This document shows positions 1 through 9,709 of a stretch of DNA of 64,000 nt, in pieces. Every line of letters starts with the position of its first letter. The stretch's first letter is position 1. Source of the stretch: Bacillota bacterium (GTDB lineage Bacteria > Bacillota > Clostridia > Lachnospirales > Bianqueaceae); the NCBI GenBank assembly GCA_017442735.1, contig JAFRZE010000072.1:185838-249837 (forward strand), written 5' to 3'. A program made the translations under genes and the position numbers. The notes under the pieces are model-generated. The model had not been told where the DNA came from. It saw only the letters and a program-made list of their open reading frames with translations, and searched no databases.

Positions 1-198
1 GAAGATTTCTCCCCCACGAAAGAGGATGTAAATGTTCTGGAGGAGCGTCTGAAAGCCTGCGGCAAAAACTATGAGTTTTACCGCTATGACGGCGCCGGTC
101 ACGGCATCTGGTACTATGACAAGCCCATGTACCGTCAGGAACAGGCCATGGACAGCTTCAACAAAACCATTGCCTTCTTTGACAAACATCTGAAATGA
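1..198 (+). CDS. Dienelactone hydrolase family protein, C-terminal fragment (5' end outside window)
   Basis: Frame-1 translation EDFSPTKEDVNVLEERLKACGKNYEFYRYDGAGHGIWYYDKPMYRQEQAMDSFNKTIAFFDKHLK resembles the C-terminus of DLH-fold hydrolases (AGHGF motif). The stop TGA at 196-198 overlaps the ATG at 195 of the next gene (AAATGAG). Confidence 0.6.
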   Translation, partial: EDFSPTKEDVNVLEERLKACGKNYEFYRYDGAGHGIWYYDKPMYRQEQAMDSFNKTIAFFDKHLK

Positions 199-1448
199 GT
201 GCTCGTCCGTTTGTCGTCATGGCCAAGCCCATCGGCTCGGCCTGCAACATGCAGTGCGCTTACTGCTACTATCTTCACGCAGGAAATGAAAAGACCTCAT
301 CGCCCGTCATGAGTGATGAGGTCTTGGATTCGTTTATCAAAAAATATATCCTCTCCTGCCCGGGACCGGTCATTTCATTTACCTGGCACGGTGGTGAGCC
401 TACGCTTGCCGGCCTTCCCTTCTATGAAAAGGCTCTCGCTCTTCAGCAGAAATACCTGGCTGAACGCGAAGGCTGTGAGATCTGGAACAATCTTCAGACC
501 AACGGTCTCCTGCTTGATGATGAATGGTGTGCCTTCCTTGCGAAGCATCATTTTGACGTAGGGATCAGCATTGACGGGACCAAACTCTGTCATGACACCT
601 ATCGAAAGGATCCGCTCGGACAGGACACCTACGAAAAAACCGCTGCCGCGATCGATCGATTAAAAACCGTCGGCATCCGGCCGGATCTTCTCTGTACCGT
701 CAACCAGGTGACCGCTGTTCACGGAAAGGAAGTTTATCGGGCACTCAGAGACTTTGATACAGGCTGGATGCAGTTCATTCCGATCGTCGTCCATACAAAG
801 ACCGGTATCTCGCCGGAATCCGTCACGCCGGAAGCCTATGGCGAATTCCTGAAGGATGTCTTCGCCGAATGGTTTTTCCACGACCTGGGCCGCACGGAGG
901 TCCAGCTGTTCTCAGAAATGAGCCTTGCGCTGGCCGGGGAAAAGCCAAATCTCTGTATGCTCGGAAAAACCTGCGGCAATGTCCTGATCGTTGAAAAGGA
1001 TGGCGGCATCTACAGCTGTGATCATTTTGTAGATCCGCAGCATCGGATCGGCTCTGTCCTGACTGACGACTTTCAGGAAGTTCTCTCTTCTGATTTCCAG
1101 ACGGAATTCGGACTTTCCAAAGAAACAAAACTGACCGGCGAATGCCGAAGATGCCCTTATCTCTCCCTCTGCGGAGGCGCCTGTCCGAAAGACCGCTCCG
1201 CGAAGTCAAAAGATGGCGAGGACGGCCAGTATTTCCTCTGTCCGGGGCTTTATACCTTCTTTGACTATGCAGTCCCCCATTTGAAGCGCGCCATGCAGCT
1301 TTCTTCAGAAAAGAAAAACCCCTCCCAGATGATGGAGATCCTCATCCGGGAGGAACGAAAGAAATATCAGATGATCAGCCGCAACGACCCCTGTCCCTGC
1401 GGCTCCGGCCGAAAATACAAACAGTGCTGTCAAAGACGATTACCTTGA
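195..1448 (+). CDS. Anaerobic sulfatase-maturating enzyme (radical SAM/SPASM) with C-terminal SEC-C-like CPCGSGRKYKQCC tail
   Basis: CNMQCAYCYY is the CX3CX2C radical-SAM cluster motif. GGEPTL and SPASM cysteine clusters are present (CGNVLIV..YSCDHF; CRRCPYLSLCGGACP). Length 417 aa is typical of anSME/AslB. Confidence 0.85.
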   Translation: MSARPFVVMAKPIGSACNMQCAYCYYLHAGNEKTSSPVMSDEVLDSFIKKYILSCPGPVISFTWHGGEPTLAGLPFYEKALALQQKYLAEREGCEIWNNLQTNGLLLDDEWCAFLAKHHFDVGISIDGTKLCHDTYRKDPLGQDTYEKTAAAIDRLKTVGIRPDLLCTVNQVTAVHGKEVYRALRDFDTGWMQFIPIVVHTKTGISPESVTPEAYGEFLKDVFAEWFFHDLGRTEVQLFSEMSLALAGEKPNLCMLGKTCGNVLIVEKDGGIYSCDHFVDPQHRIGSVLTDDFQEVLSSDFQTEFGLSKETKLTGECRRCPYLSLCGGACPKDRSAKSKDGEDGQYFLCPGLYTFFDYAVPHLKRAMQLSSEKKNPSQMMEILIREERKKYQMISRNDPCPCGSGRKYKQCCQRRLP

Positions 1449-1497
1449 TGAACCGTCAACAAACTCCAGACTGCAGCAGAATCAGCTGCAGTCTTTT

Positions 1498-2145
1498 TCA
1501 TTTATTTCCGATCTCTCCATCACTTACAACAAGTCCGAGCGACGTCGCGTTGATCGCGAGTGCCAGCCGGTTTTTGTAACCGGATTTATCCATCAGGTTC
1601 TGAATATGCCGTTTGACGGTATTGACCGAAATGAACAGATGCTGCGCGATCTCCTCGTTCGTCGCGCCGGATGTCAGTTCCCGGAGCACATCCAGCTCCC
1701 GTTCCGTCAAATCCTGCCTGGTCACCTTACCAAACTGGACCATAGGCGCGTCGGAAGGATAAACCGACTCACCGGCCATCGTCCGGTCCATGATCTCGAT
1801 CAGCGGTTCCTCGCTGTATTCCTTGTACCAGAAGCTTTCGATCCCGGCAGCTTTCGCACGTTTTTCCCAGGTAGCTTCCGCCATGGATGTGACCAGGATG
1901 ATCTTGACCTTTGGAAATCTCTGTTTGATCTGTTCTGCCGCGGAAAGACCGTCCATTCCGTACCGCATCACGATGTCCATGATCACCAGATCCACCGGAT
2001 GCTGTTCCAGATAACTGATCGCGAGATCCGCCGCTGACAGCGAACGGACAAGTTCATACCTGAGCGATGTCTTGATATGCATCTCAAAGAATCCGCGCGC
2101 CACATTCTGGTCGTCCACAACGACAACTTTCACCTTTTCATTCAT
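1498..2145 (-). CDS. Two-component response regulator, NarL/FixJ (LuxR-type HTH) family
   Basis: Receiver domain (VVVVDDQ ... D57-like MDIVM ... KIILVTS) plus C-terminal LuxR HTH (ELTERELDVLRELTSGATNEEIAQHLFISVNTVKRHIQNLMDK). RBS GAAGAGGTG upstream. Confidence 0.9.
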   Translation of the reverse strand: MNEKVKVVVVDDQNVARGFFEMHIKTSLRYELVRSLSAADLAISYLEQHPVDLVIMDIVMRYGMDGLSAAEQIKQRFPKVKIILVTSMAEATWEKRAKAAGIESFWYKEYSEEPLIEIMDRTMAGESVYPSDAPMVQFGKVTRQDLTERELDVLRELTSGATNEEIAQHLFISVNTVKRHIQNLMDKSGYKNRLALAINATSLGLVVSDGEIGNK

Positions 2146-2167
2146 TCCAGCACCTCTTCACTCTCTA

Positions 2168-3448
2168 TCATTTCGGTCCGGGTATTGTCAGTTCCACCGC
2201 GAAAATCGGTTTTGTTTCCACCTGCATAACCGCTGACATATCCGAAGCCATCCTTCGAAGATTCAAAAGCCCGCCGCTTTCGCGGATCGGTTCCTCCGCG
2301 GGAAGTCCATTATTCTCCAGTCTTACTTTCCATCCGCCGGCAGTGTTTTCGAGCGGCATGATCGTCACATAAAGCAGGTCACCGTGCCCGTGTTTTGCTG
2401 TATTGGCCGCGCATTCACGAATCGCGTAGCCGATCAGCTTCCTCGCCCGCTCTTCCGATGGATAATTCCCCTGGGAAGAGATCCGAACGCCGATCGCCTG
2501 CGCGAGCCCTGCCGCTTCTTCGATCGGATCTTCCACCTCTTCTGCGTCTTCCGCTTCACGAAGAAGGAATTGGTTCGTCTGTCGGAGCATCTCCAGAAGC
2601 GCCGCTGCATCCACATTCTCCGGATGTTCCAGATAATACCGGGCCGTCAGAAGCGCATGTCCCACCTGATCATGGACGATCCGGCGCGCGTTCAGGATCT
2701 CTTCCGAACGGATCGTCTGCACCGCCAGCTGCTGATAGTTTTTCATACGATCCTGATATTCCCGGAGCTGATCATTTTTCGTCCGGATATCCTCGATTGC
2801 CTGATAACGTTCGGTAACGTCCGCAGCCAGCATCTGAACGAATTCCTGTTTTTCGATCGAAAGCAGATCCCGGCTGAACATGATCACATCATCATCTTCC
2901 TCCGAACGGATCAGCACATGTCCTTCGCTGATCTCTCCGGCCTTTGCTACACTGACCCAGAAACGACGTGCGTCGTTCAGTGTCTCGCCTGTCAGTTCCT
3001 CACAGAGATCATTCATCTGGACATTGCTCATCTGCACCGTTCCGTCGGGCTGGGCGATCAGGATCCCTGCCGGCAGCAGGTCGATCGTTTCCTTGATCGA
3101 CGCTTCTGTCAGATGAGAATGCAGATACTCCCTTGAATTCAGAAACGCCAGGAACAGATAAACAAACAGGATCACCACATAAACCAGATAGACAGCCCAT
3201 GGGATCCGATAGAGCAGATCTACCAGCTGATTTGGCTGCATATTGAACACATAAGACCGGTCCGACAGGATCGCCAGAACGAAGAATCCTGTGAGGAAAA
3301 GCACTACCATGGGCACGTACACCCTTTTCGTCCGATGGATCCGCAAACTGAGGATCATCAGATACAGCTGTCCGGTCAGATAGATCAAAAGCAGAAACTG
3401 GATGAGATGATGAAGCCATTCTCCCACATATACACCGATCGGGGTCAT
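2168..3448 (-). CDS. Sensor histidine kinase (4 TM, PAS-like, HisKA_3, HATPase_c)
   Basis: N-terminal hydrophobic helices; HisKA_3 H-box ERxRIVHDQVGHALL; N-box ECAANTAKHGHGD; G-boxes RLENNG and GGLLNLRR. The ATG overlaps the stop of the upstream gene (ATGA). Confidence 0.9.
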   Translation of the reverse strand: MTPIGVYVGEWLHHLIQFLLLIYLTGQLYLMILSLRIHRTKRVYVPMVVLFLTGFFVLAILSDRSYVFNMQPNQLVDLLYRIPWAVYLVYVVILFVYLFLAFLNSREYLHSHLTEASIKETIDLLPAGILIAQPDGTVQMSNVQMNDLCEELTGETLNDARRFWVSVAKAGEISEGHVLIRSEEDDDVIMFSRDLLSIEKQEFVQMLAADVTERYQAIEDIRTKNDQLREYQDRMKNYQQLAVQTIRSEEILNARRIVHDQVGHALLTARYYLEHPENVDAAALLEMLRQTNQFLLREAEDAEEVEDPIEEAAGLAQAIGVRISSQGNYPSEERARKLIGYAIRECAANTAKHGHGDLLYVTIMPLENTAGGWKVRLENNGLPAEEPIRESGGLLNLRRMASDMSAVMQVETKPIFAVELTIPGPK

Positions 3449-5109
3449 CTTATCACCTCCCCGATCAATCGAACGAAAAGGATCCCTTCTTCCAGCTTGA
3501 TATCGACCGGCACCCTGGCTTCCGGAATGGATATCTTCTCGTCCAGATCGCAGCTCATCCGGATCCCGACCGGAGAAACCGCGATCACAAGCTGTGTGAT
3601 CCGATCCCTCAGAATGTCCAGCGCCATGGAGAAAGTATCATACAGACGAAGCGCCATAAAACTGTTGATCATGCCGCCCGATGTATCTTCCGAAGGCTGT
3701 CCCGGGATACTTTCCCGGCAGTCCACCGTCGCTTCGATCCCCAGATAATGAAGATATCTGGCAGATTCTTCCAGTGCCAGTTCCAGTTCCCTGAGCGCTA
3801 TCTCACTCTCTTCCGCGGCCAGTAGAGTAAGATTTGTTTTTCGTTTGACAAACGCGTGATCGACTGCCAGATAGGCGATCTTTTTCCTGAGATCCGGATC
3901 ATTCGGCTCAAGGCATTCCAGTTCTTCCCGGATCTTTTGCTGATCCGGCACCAATTCCTCTGCCACGATCCCGTAAATACGGTTTCGAAGCTCGATCCGG
4001 TCCTGTTTTTCCCGGAGCCGCTGCTCCGCCTGGATCAGGTCATTCTCCGTTGCCAGCGTTTCATAGATCTCCTCCAGCTGAGACCTGAGACGGTTGACCT
4101 CACTGACGTCTTCGATCCAGAAAGCATAACCTGCCTGGATCTTCCTTCCCATCAGCCGGATATCCGGTGTCGGAAACACCGGTTGATCCAGCGACTGGAT
4201 CAATTGTTCTCGAGAGACCGAATACTGCCAGGCTGCCTGATAGCGCGGCACAAAGTCCTGATTCGTGATCATGGTCGGGAGGCTCATTCCCTCAAAGAAC
4301 AGGTCATATTGGCTGTTGTATGCAAAAAGCCGCAGCCGTATACAGTTTTCCCAGATCGCCATCATGCAGAAAACATGGGCTTCATAGGTCTGATACAGGA
4401 CAGGGATGCCGGCCTGTTTCAAATACGGCGGAGAAAGCTGAAGAAACGCATAGAGCAGCGGAAGGATCGCGAGCGACGCGATCGTTCGCCACGACCGGGT
4501 CGTCAGCGCGTATCGGAATGTGATCAGAAGTCCATACAGATAAAGGACGACCATCCCTCCATAGATGACATAAAATCCAAACCCGTATGTATAGGAATCC
4601 GATTTCGACGCCAGAAACTGTCCCACCGGTTTCCAGACCCAGTAAGTAAGATCATTGGTAAGGACCAGCAGGATCAGCGAAGCAAGTATGACGATCAGCA
4701 ATATCTGCTGGATCTTCCGTCGGCGGCTTCCCAGCGTCTCGACCGATGTCATCGCGAACATGCCGGGGATCACCAGGATCGGTATATAGCCAAGATACCA
4801 GAGCCACCGATCCAAAAGGTCCGAACTGTTATACCGATATTTGATGGTCCGGATCAGAATCAGCACTAGCATGCATCCCGCAGCAATAAAAGTATAGATC
4901 CGTGCCTTTGTCGGCAGCAGACGATACCTCACGGAAATCGTCCAGAACATGACAAGGCCGAGATAAATCAACGTATTGACCGTGAAGAGAAACGATGTCA
5001 CAAAATAGCTGTCGGTGATCCCTTCAAAAATATGGAGGATGCCTGCTAAAAGAAAAAGACAGACAAAAACCGTGGTATTCCGGGTCAGATCCTTTTCCTG
5101 GTGATCCAT
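3445..5109 (-). CDS. Polytopic membrane protein (about 10 TM) with C-terminal coiled-coil and degenerate histidine-kinase-like domain; candidate accessory sensor of the adjacent HK/RR
   Basis: 554 aa; about 300 N-terminal residues are hydrophobic helices. The C-terminal 250 aa lay out like the neighbouring HK (DHp-like VDHAFVKRKTNLTLL) but lack a clear N-box and G-boxes. Its stop overlaps the HK start. Confidence 0.6.
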   Translation of the reverse strand: MDHQEKDLTRNTTVFVCLFLLAGILHIFEGITDSYFVTSFLFTVNTLIYLGLVMFWTISVRYRLLPTKARIYTFIAAGCMLVLILIRTIKYRYNSSDLLDRWLWYLGYIPILVIPGMFAMTSVETLGSRRRKIQQILLIVILASLILLVLTNDLTYWVWKPVGQFLASKSDSYTYGFGFYVIYGGMVVLYLYGLLITFRYALTTRSWRTIASLAILPLLYAFLQLSPPYLKQAGIPVLYQTYEAHVFCMMAIWENCIRLRLFAYNSQYDLFFEGMSLPTMITNQDFVPRYQAAWQYSVSREQLIQSLDQPVFPTPDIRLMGRKIQAGYAFWIEDVSEVNRLRSQLEEIYETLATENDLIQAEQRLREKQDRIELRNRIYGIVAEELVPDQQKIREELECLEPNDPDLRKKIAYLAVDHAFVKRKTNLTLLAAEESEIALRELELALEESARYLHYLGIEATVDCRESIPGQPSEDTSGGMINSFMALRLYDTFSMALDILRDRITQLVIAVSPVGIRMSCDLDEKISIPEARVPVDIKLEEGILFVRLIGEVIR

Positions 5110-5149
5110 CTTTTTCCTCCTTTCCTGTCATCCTGTCGCTATCATAGCA

Positions 5150-5182
5150 TAAGAAAAAGGGACAAACAATTGTCCCTTTTGG
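5150..5182 (-). terminator. Rho-independent terminator downstream of Gfo/Idh/MocA gene
   Basis: Minus-strand RNA AAAAGGGACAAttgtttGTCCCTTTTTCTT: GC stem followed by a U-tract. Confidence 0.6.
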
Positions 5183-5205
5183 TGATCTTTGGTTTTTTCA
5201 GTTGT

Positions 5206-6339
5206 TTATTTCTCGAACTTGACAGTCTCGCCGGTCTCATAGGACTTGAAGCAGGCTTCCATGAGCCGCAGGACGCGAAGCGCGTGCTCCTGGGTAACGA
5301 TCTGTTCAGCTTCGCCGTTGCAGACTTCCGCGAAGTTCTTGTACAGTTCATTGTGGTCAAATTCCACTTTCGGAAGCGGAAGCTCTTCCACAGACTTTCC
5401 ACCCATACGGGGCGCCATGGTCTTGGTCAGACCTGCGCCGGCCAGGATCGGTGTGGTATCCTTCTCATCCCAGCTGTTCAGGCGGACCATCCGTCCCTGC
5501 AGTTTCCAGTTGAGGATCTCAGCGCTGCCCATGTCGCCGTAGATGCACCACAGCGGCTCGTTTACGAAGTGACAGGTGCCGACTTCCAGATTGACTCTCA
5601 GGCCACTTTCGAACGTGAGGGTGACCTGGATGCCGTCATCGCATTCCGGGTTGGTGATATAGGAAAGATCACAGTAGACTTTGGTGATCTTCTCACCTTT
5701 CATCATCGCGACGATACGATCGATAATATGTACGCCCCAGTCCATCATCATGCCGCCGCCGTACGCCTTGACTCCGCGCCAGTCTCCCGGGATGCCGCGG
5801 GAACCCATGACCTTGCATTTGATGTTGAATACGTTGCCGATCAGTTTCTCTTCATAGATCTTCTTAATGATCAGGTAATCCTCGTCCCACTCACGGTTCT
5901 GGCGGGGATAGAAGACCATACCTGTCTCTTTGGAAACAGCCATGACTTCCAGGAGTTCATTGGAATCGAGCATGACCGGTTTCTCACAAAGAACATGCTT
6001 GCCGGCACGCATTGCCTGGATCGCTTCTTCCTTGTGCAGATGGTTCGGGGTAGCGATCAGGATGGCGTCTACGGTAGGATCAGCCAGCATCGTTTCATAG
6101 TCCGGATAAACGTACATGCCAAATCCTCTGGCCCATTCCTGACGTGCGGGATCGATATCCACGATACCGGCAAGTTCCAGCATCTTGGAGATATCTGTCG
6201 TCGCGGGGCTGTCAAATCCCGGAACGTGTGCGTCCTTGACGAAATAGATCGCGTTGCCGGTCCCACTGAAGATCGCGACCGCGTGACCGCCGCCCATACC
6301 GCCACAGCCTACAATACCGATACGAATTTTTTTACCCAT
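5206..6339 (-). CDS. Gfo/Idh/MocA family NAD(P)-dependent oxidoreductase
   Basis: N-terminal Rossmann motif KIRIGIVGCGGMGGGHA, then ...EKPV.. motif. Start chosen at MGKK (RBS GGGAAG 8 nt upstream) rather than the upstream in-frame ATG at 6375. Confidence 0.85.
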   Translation of the reverse strand: MGKKIRIGIVGCGGMGGGHAVAIFSGTGNAIYFVKDAHVPGFDSPATTDISKMLELAGIVDIDPARQEWARGFGMYVYPDYETMLADPTVDAILIATPNHLHKEEAIQAMRAGKHVLCEKPVMLDSNELLEVMAVSKETGMVFYPRQNREWDEDYLIIKKIYEEKLIGNVFNIKCKVMGSRGIPGDWRGVKAYGGGMMMDWGVHIIDRIVAMMKGEKITKVYCDLSYITNPECDDGIQVTLTFESGLRVNLEVGTCHFVNEPLWCIYGDMGSAEILNWKLQGRMVRLNSWDEKDTTPILAGAGLTKTMAPRMGGKSVEELPLPKVEFDHNELYKNFAEVCNGEAEQIVTQEHALRVLRLMEACFKSYETGETVKFEK

Positions 6340-6464
6340 GATACTTCCCTTTCGAAAAGAAAATAATTGTTTCAACGGAAACTTATTAAAGATATTTTAA
6401 AAATGTCCCAAAGAGAATAATATCGTAAATCTGCCAAAAAGTCAACCCCTGTTCCTGCGCTTTT

Positions 6465-7640
6465 TTATAATTCCTGGTTTTCACGCTCTTTCAGGTATTC
6501 CATAGCGATCGCCGCGTGCAGCGCCGCGCCGACCTCCAGCCCCTCTTCCGCGGGAAGAAAATGATCCGAATGGAGAGGATATGGACTTTCGGCGCCAATG
6601 TGGTAGAAACAGCCGGCGCCGCACTCTTCCACAAAGAAACCGAAGTCTTCAGAGATCATCTTGGGTTCTTTGATCATCACGATATGATCTTTTCCCAGGA
6701 GTGAGACCGCTGTCTTTTCACACAGCTTTGTTTCCGGGTCCGTATTGACGATACCGCTGCCCGGCTGGTTCAAAACCAGTTCGATCCGGGTGCCCGCTTC
6801 ATCGGAGATCCGGGTCAGCTTCTCTTTCAACGCATCAAGCAGTTTCTGGCGGCTGTCCCGGCCAAGCGTACGAATGATCCCATGGAACTCGGCGTAATCC
6901 GCTACGATGTTCCGTACGGTACCCGCTCTGATCGCGCCTATGCTTAAGGCGCTCTTTTCCGGCAACAGGATCTCGGGCAGCTTCAGAAGTTCCGGGATCA
7001 TCTTGCAGGAAGCTTCGATCGCATCGATGCCGAGTTCCCTGGTCGCGCCATGCGCGCTCTTCCCGTGGACAAAAACATCCATCGAATCGGAAGCCGCATA
7101 AAACTTGCCGTAACGGATCCCGATCTGACCGGCCGGAATGGTAGGATCCACATGGGCGCCGAATACTGCGCTCACATTCTCCATGCACCCTTCCCTGATC
7201 ATTCTTTGGGCTCCGCCGTCCCCTTCCTCGTCCGGCTGGAAGAAAAAGCGGACGGTCCCCGGGAGATCTTCTTTATGTAAGGCCAGCAGTTTTGCCGCAC
7301 CAAGAAGCGCCGTCGTATGCACATCATGTCCGCAGGCGTGCATCATCCCCGGCACTTCAGACGAGAAATCACAGCCGGTCCGTTCCTGTACCGGCAGCGC
7401 GTCCATATCCGCGCGAAGCGCTACGACAGGACCGTCCTTGCTTCCGGCAAGTTCTCCGATGATGGCTGTCCCGAGCACACGTCTGGTCTTGATCCCAAGT
7501 TCCTGAAGATATTCCTCCACCAGGGCGGATGTCTTATATTCGCGGTTGCCGATCTCCGGGTGTCGGTGGATCGTCTTCCTGATTTCCTTCAGTTCTTCCG
7601 CAATGCCGGCTGCTTCTTCCTTCCAGTTGATCATACTCAT
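6465..7640 (-). CDS. dapL: M20-family amidohydrolase, probable N-acetyl-diaminopimelate deacetylase
   Basis: M20D/hippuricase-type motifs (HACGHD, GxxxxRADMDALP). Operon position immediately after dapH and lysA, with a 4-nt overlap with lysA. Confidence 0.7.
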   Translation of the reverse strand: MSMINWKEEAAGIAEELKEIRKTIHRHPEIGNREYKTSALVEEYLQELGIKTRRVLGTAIIGELAGSKDGPVVALRADMDALPVQERTGCDFSSEVPGMMHACGHDVHTTALLGAAKLLALHKEDLPGTVRFFFQPDEEGDGGAQRMIREGCMENVSAVFGAHVDPTIPAGQIGIRYGKFYAASDSMDVFVHGKSAHGATRELGIDAIEASCKMIPELLKLPEILLPEKSALSIGAIRAGTVRNIVADYAEFHGIIRTLGRDSRQKLLDALKEKLTRISDEAGTRIELVLNQPGSGIVNTDPETKLCEKTAVSLLGKDHIVMIKEPKMISEDFGFFVEECGAGCFYHIGAESPYPLHSDHFLPAEEGLEVGAALHAAIAMEYLKERENQEL

Positions 7641-8911
7641 TGTTTTTGCTGAAACTCCTGATCGATATCAAATGTCGCGAACAGATCCTTTATTTCTTCC
7701 GGCCGCCGGATCTGTTTCAGCTTCCTGTCTTTTTGCAGTAGATACTCTCCGCAGCGAGTCCTGCCGTTATAGTTGTAGCCCATCGACCGGCCGTGCGCTC
7801 CGGAATCACAGATCACCAGAAGATCGCCGATCTCCACTTTGGGCAGTTTGCGGTCTATGGCGAATTTATCGTTGTTCTCGCAAAGCTGTCCGACGACATC
7901 CACCACAGGATCCTCCTCTGACGGTGTTTTCCCGAGCACCCGGATCTCGTGATAGGCTCCGTACATGGCAGGCCGCATCATGTCACAGGCAGAAGCATCT
8001 ACCCCTACATATTCCTTATAGATATGTTTAAGACCGATGACCTTTGTCAGCAGATATCCGTGCGCCCCGGTGATGAAACGACCCAATTCCGTACAAAGAG
8101 TCGGCTCCATCCCGGCCGATTTCAGGATACGATCGTAGACCTCATGGACTTTTTCTCCGATCCGCAGAATATCCACAGGCTTTTCTTCCGGCCGGTAAGG
8201 AATACCGATCCCGCCGGAAAGGTCGATAAACGACACCGTGATCCCTGTCTTTTCACGGATCTCCAGCGCCAGAGGAAAGAGTTCCTCGCAAAGCTTGGGA
8301 TAATATGTCTCATCCAGCGAACAGCTCTGGAGAAACGCGTGAAGACCGAACTTTTTCACACCCAGTTCTCTCAGTTTCCGGTACGCTTCGAAAAGCTGTT
8401 CTTTCATCATCCCGTATTTGGAATCATACAAATGACCCATGATATCATTGCTCATCGCGAACCGTCCGGGGTTATAACGACAGCAGATCGTATCGGGAAA
8501 TGGCAGATCAGCGTCAATAAGCGCCTTTTCCAGATTCTCGACCTGGGTCAGATCATCGAGGTTGATGATCCCTCCAAGCTTTGCTGTGTGCACATATTCT
8601 TCCGGCTCTGTCTCGTTGGATGAAAAAACGATCCTATCCCCGACGATCCCTGATCGGCGGCTGAGTTCCAGTTCTGTGATAGAAGCGCAGTCCGTTCCGC
8701 ATCCGAGGCTTTTTAGAAGCCGAAGAATGCCCGGCACCGGTGCCGCCTTGACCGCGAAATACTCACAGAATCCTTTGTTCCAGGCAAAAGCCTGCTGCAC
8801 GCTTGCGACAGTTTCCCGGATGCCCTGTTCATCATAAATGAGCATGGGGGTAGGGTAAATCCCCGTAAAGGCTCTCGCCTCTTCTACACTAAAGGGCAGT
8901 TCTTTTCTCAT
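7637..8911 (-). CDS. lysA: PLP-dependent fold-III decarboxylase, probable diaminopimelate decarboxylase
   Basis: PLP-lysine motif YFAVKAAP; EPGR-like [14 protein letters not shown]; C-terminal CDSGAHG (CESGD-like). Flanked by dapH and dapL with 4-nt overlaps on both sides. Confidence 0.7.
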   Translation of the reverse strand: MRKELPFSVEEARAFTGIYPTPMLIYDEQGIRETVASVQQAFAWNKGFCEYFAVKAAPVPGILRLLKSLGCGTDCASITELELSRRSGIVGDRIVFSSNETEPEEYVHTAKLGGIINLDDLTQVENLEKALIDADLPFPDTICCRYNPGRFAMSNDIMGHLYDSKYGMMKEQLFEAYRKLRELGVKKFGLHAFLQSCSLDETYYPKLCEELFPLALEIREKTGITVSFIDLSGGIGIPYRPEEKPVDILRIGEKVHEVYDRILKSAGMEPTLCTELGRFITGAHGYLLTKVIGLKHIYKEYVGVDASACDMMRPAMYGAYHEIRVLGKTPSEEDPVVDVVGQLCENNDKFAIDRKLPKVEIGDLLVICDSGAHGRSMGYNYNGRTRCGEYLLQKDRKLKQIRRPEEIKDLFATFDIDQEFQQKQ

Positions 8912-9606
8912 AATGTCCTCAGTGCCTCTTCCAGCGCGGTTTTCTGACTGGTCCCTTCATCTTTGATCTTGATCACTTTTGCAGGGCATCCGGCAACGAC
9001 CACATTCTCCGGCACATCCTTTGTCACGATCGCACCGGCAGCGACGACCGCGCCTTTTCCAACATGTACGCCTTCAATGACGACCGCGTTCGCACCGACA
9101 AGTACGTTATCCTCGATAATGACCGGCGTCGCGGAAGCGGGCTCGATCACACCGGCCAGCACGGCGCCGGCGCCGATATGACAGTTTTTCCCGACCGTTG
9201 CACGGCCGCCCAGCACAGCGCCCATATCGATCATAGTTCCCTCACCGATGACCGCGCCGATGTTGATCACAGCCCCCATCATAATGACGGCCTTACTTCC
9301 GATCGTGACCTGTTCGCGAATGATGGCGCCAGGTTCGATCCTCGCGTCGATATCTTTAAGATCCAGCATCGGGATCGCGCTGTTGCGGCGGTCATTCTCT
9401 ATAACCAGGTCCTCGATACGATCCTTGTTTTCCTCCAGGATCACGGACAGATCCTTCCAGTCTCCGAAGACGATCTTATCGCCTGTTCCGAATACTTTGG
9501 CCTTATCACCGAAATCGATCGGCTTTTTCTCTTTCAGATACAGTTTGACGGGTGTTTTCTTTTCTGCCTCGGCAATATAGCGGATAATTTCCTGTGCGTT
9601 CATCAT
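8908..9606 (-). CDS. dapH: Tetrahydrodipicolinate N-acetyltransferase (hexapeptide-repeat)
   Basis: 232 aa. Left-handed beta-helix hexapeptide repeats ([55 protein letters not shown]) match the DapH size and pattern. RBS AAGGATGGAG. Confidence 0.8.
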   Translation of the reverse strand: MMNAQEIIRYIAEAEKKTPVKLYLKEKKPIDFGDKAKVFGTGDKIVFGDWKDLSVILEENKDRIEDLVIENDRRNSAIPMLDLKDIDARIEPGAIIREQVTIGSKAVIMMGAVINIGAVIGEGTMIDMGAVLGGRATVGKNCHIGAGAVLAGVIEPASATPVIIEDNVLVGANAVVIEGVHVGKGAVVAAGAIVTKDVPENVVVAGCPAKVIKIKDEGTSQKTALEEALRTL

Positions 9607-9654
9607 GATGCTCCATCCTTTAGTCCTTTAAAATGGTAAAATCCATGATAACAC

Positions 9655-9692
9655 AAATCGTCGGTAAATGCTACTGCACTTACCGACGATTT
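9655..9692 (-). terminator. Stem-loop / probable terminator between the oxidoreductase-fusion operon and dapH
   Basis: AATCGTCGGTAA-(12 nt loop)-TTACCGACGATT perfect 12-bp stem. U-rich tracts on both strands (TTTTTCC on plus, UGUGUUAU on minus). Confidence 0.5.
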
Positions 9693-9709
9693 TTCCTGTG
9701 TTTTCAGCC

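Noticed and set aside
5101-6366. 421-aa plus-strand ORF overlapping the Gfo/Idh/MocA gene
   Set aside because: The minus-strand product carries the Rossmann GxGxxG motif. The plus-frame translation is low-complexity.
9607-9709. Possible L-box lysine riboswitch upstream of dapH
   Set aside because: The intergenic region is only about 100 nt, dominated by one hairpin. An L-box needs about 180 nt with five helices. No T-box specifier/T-loop pattern either.
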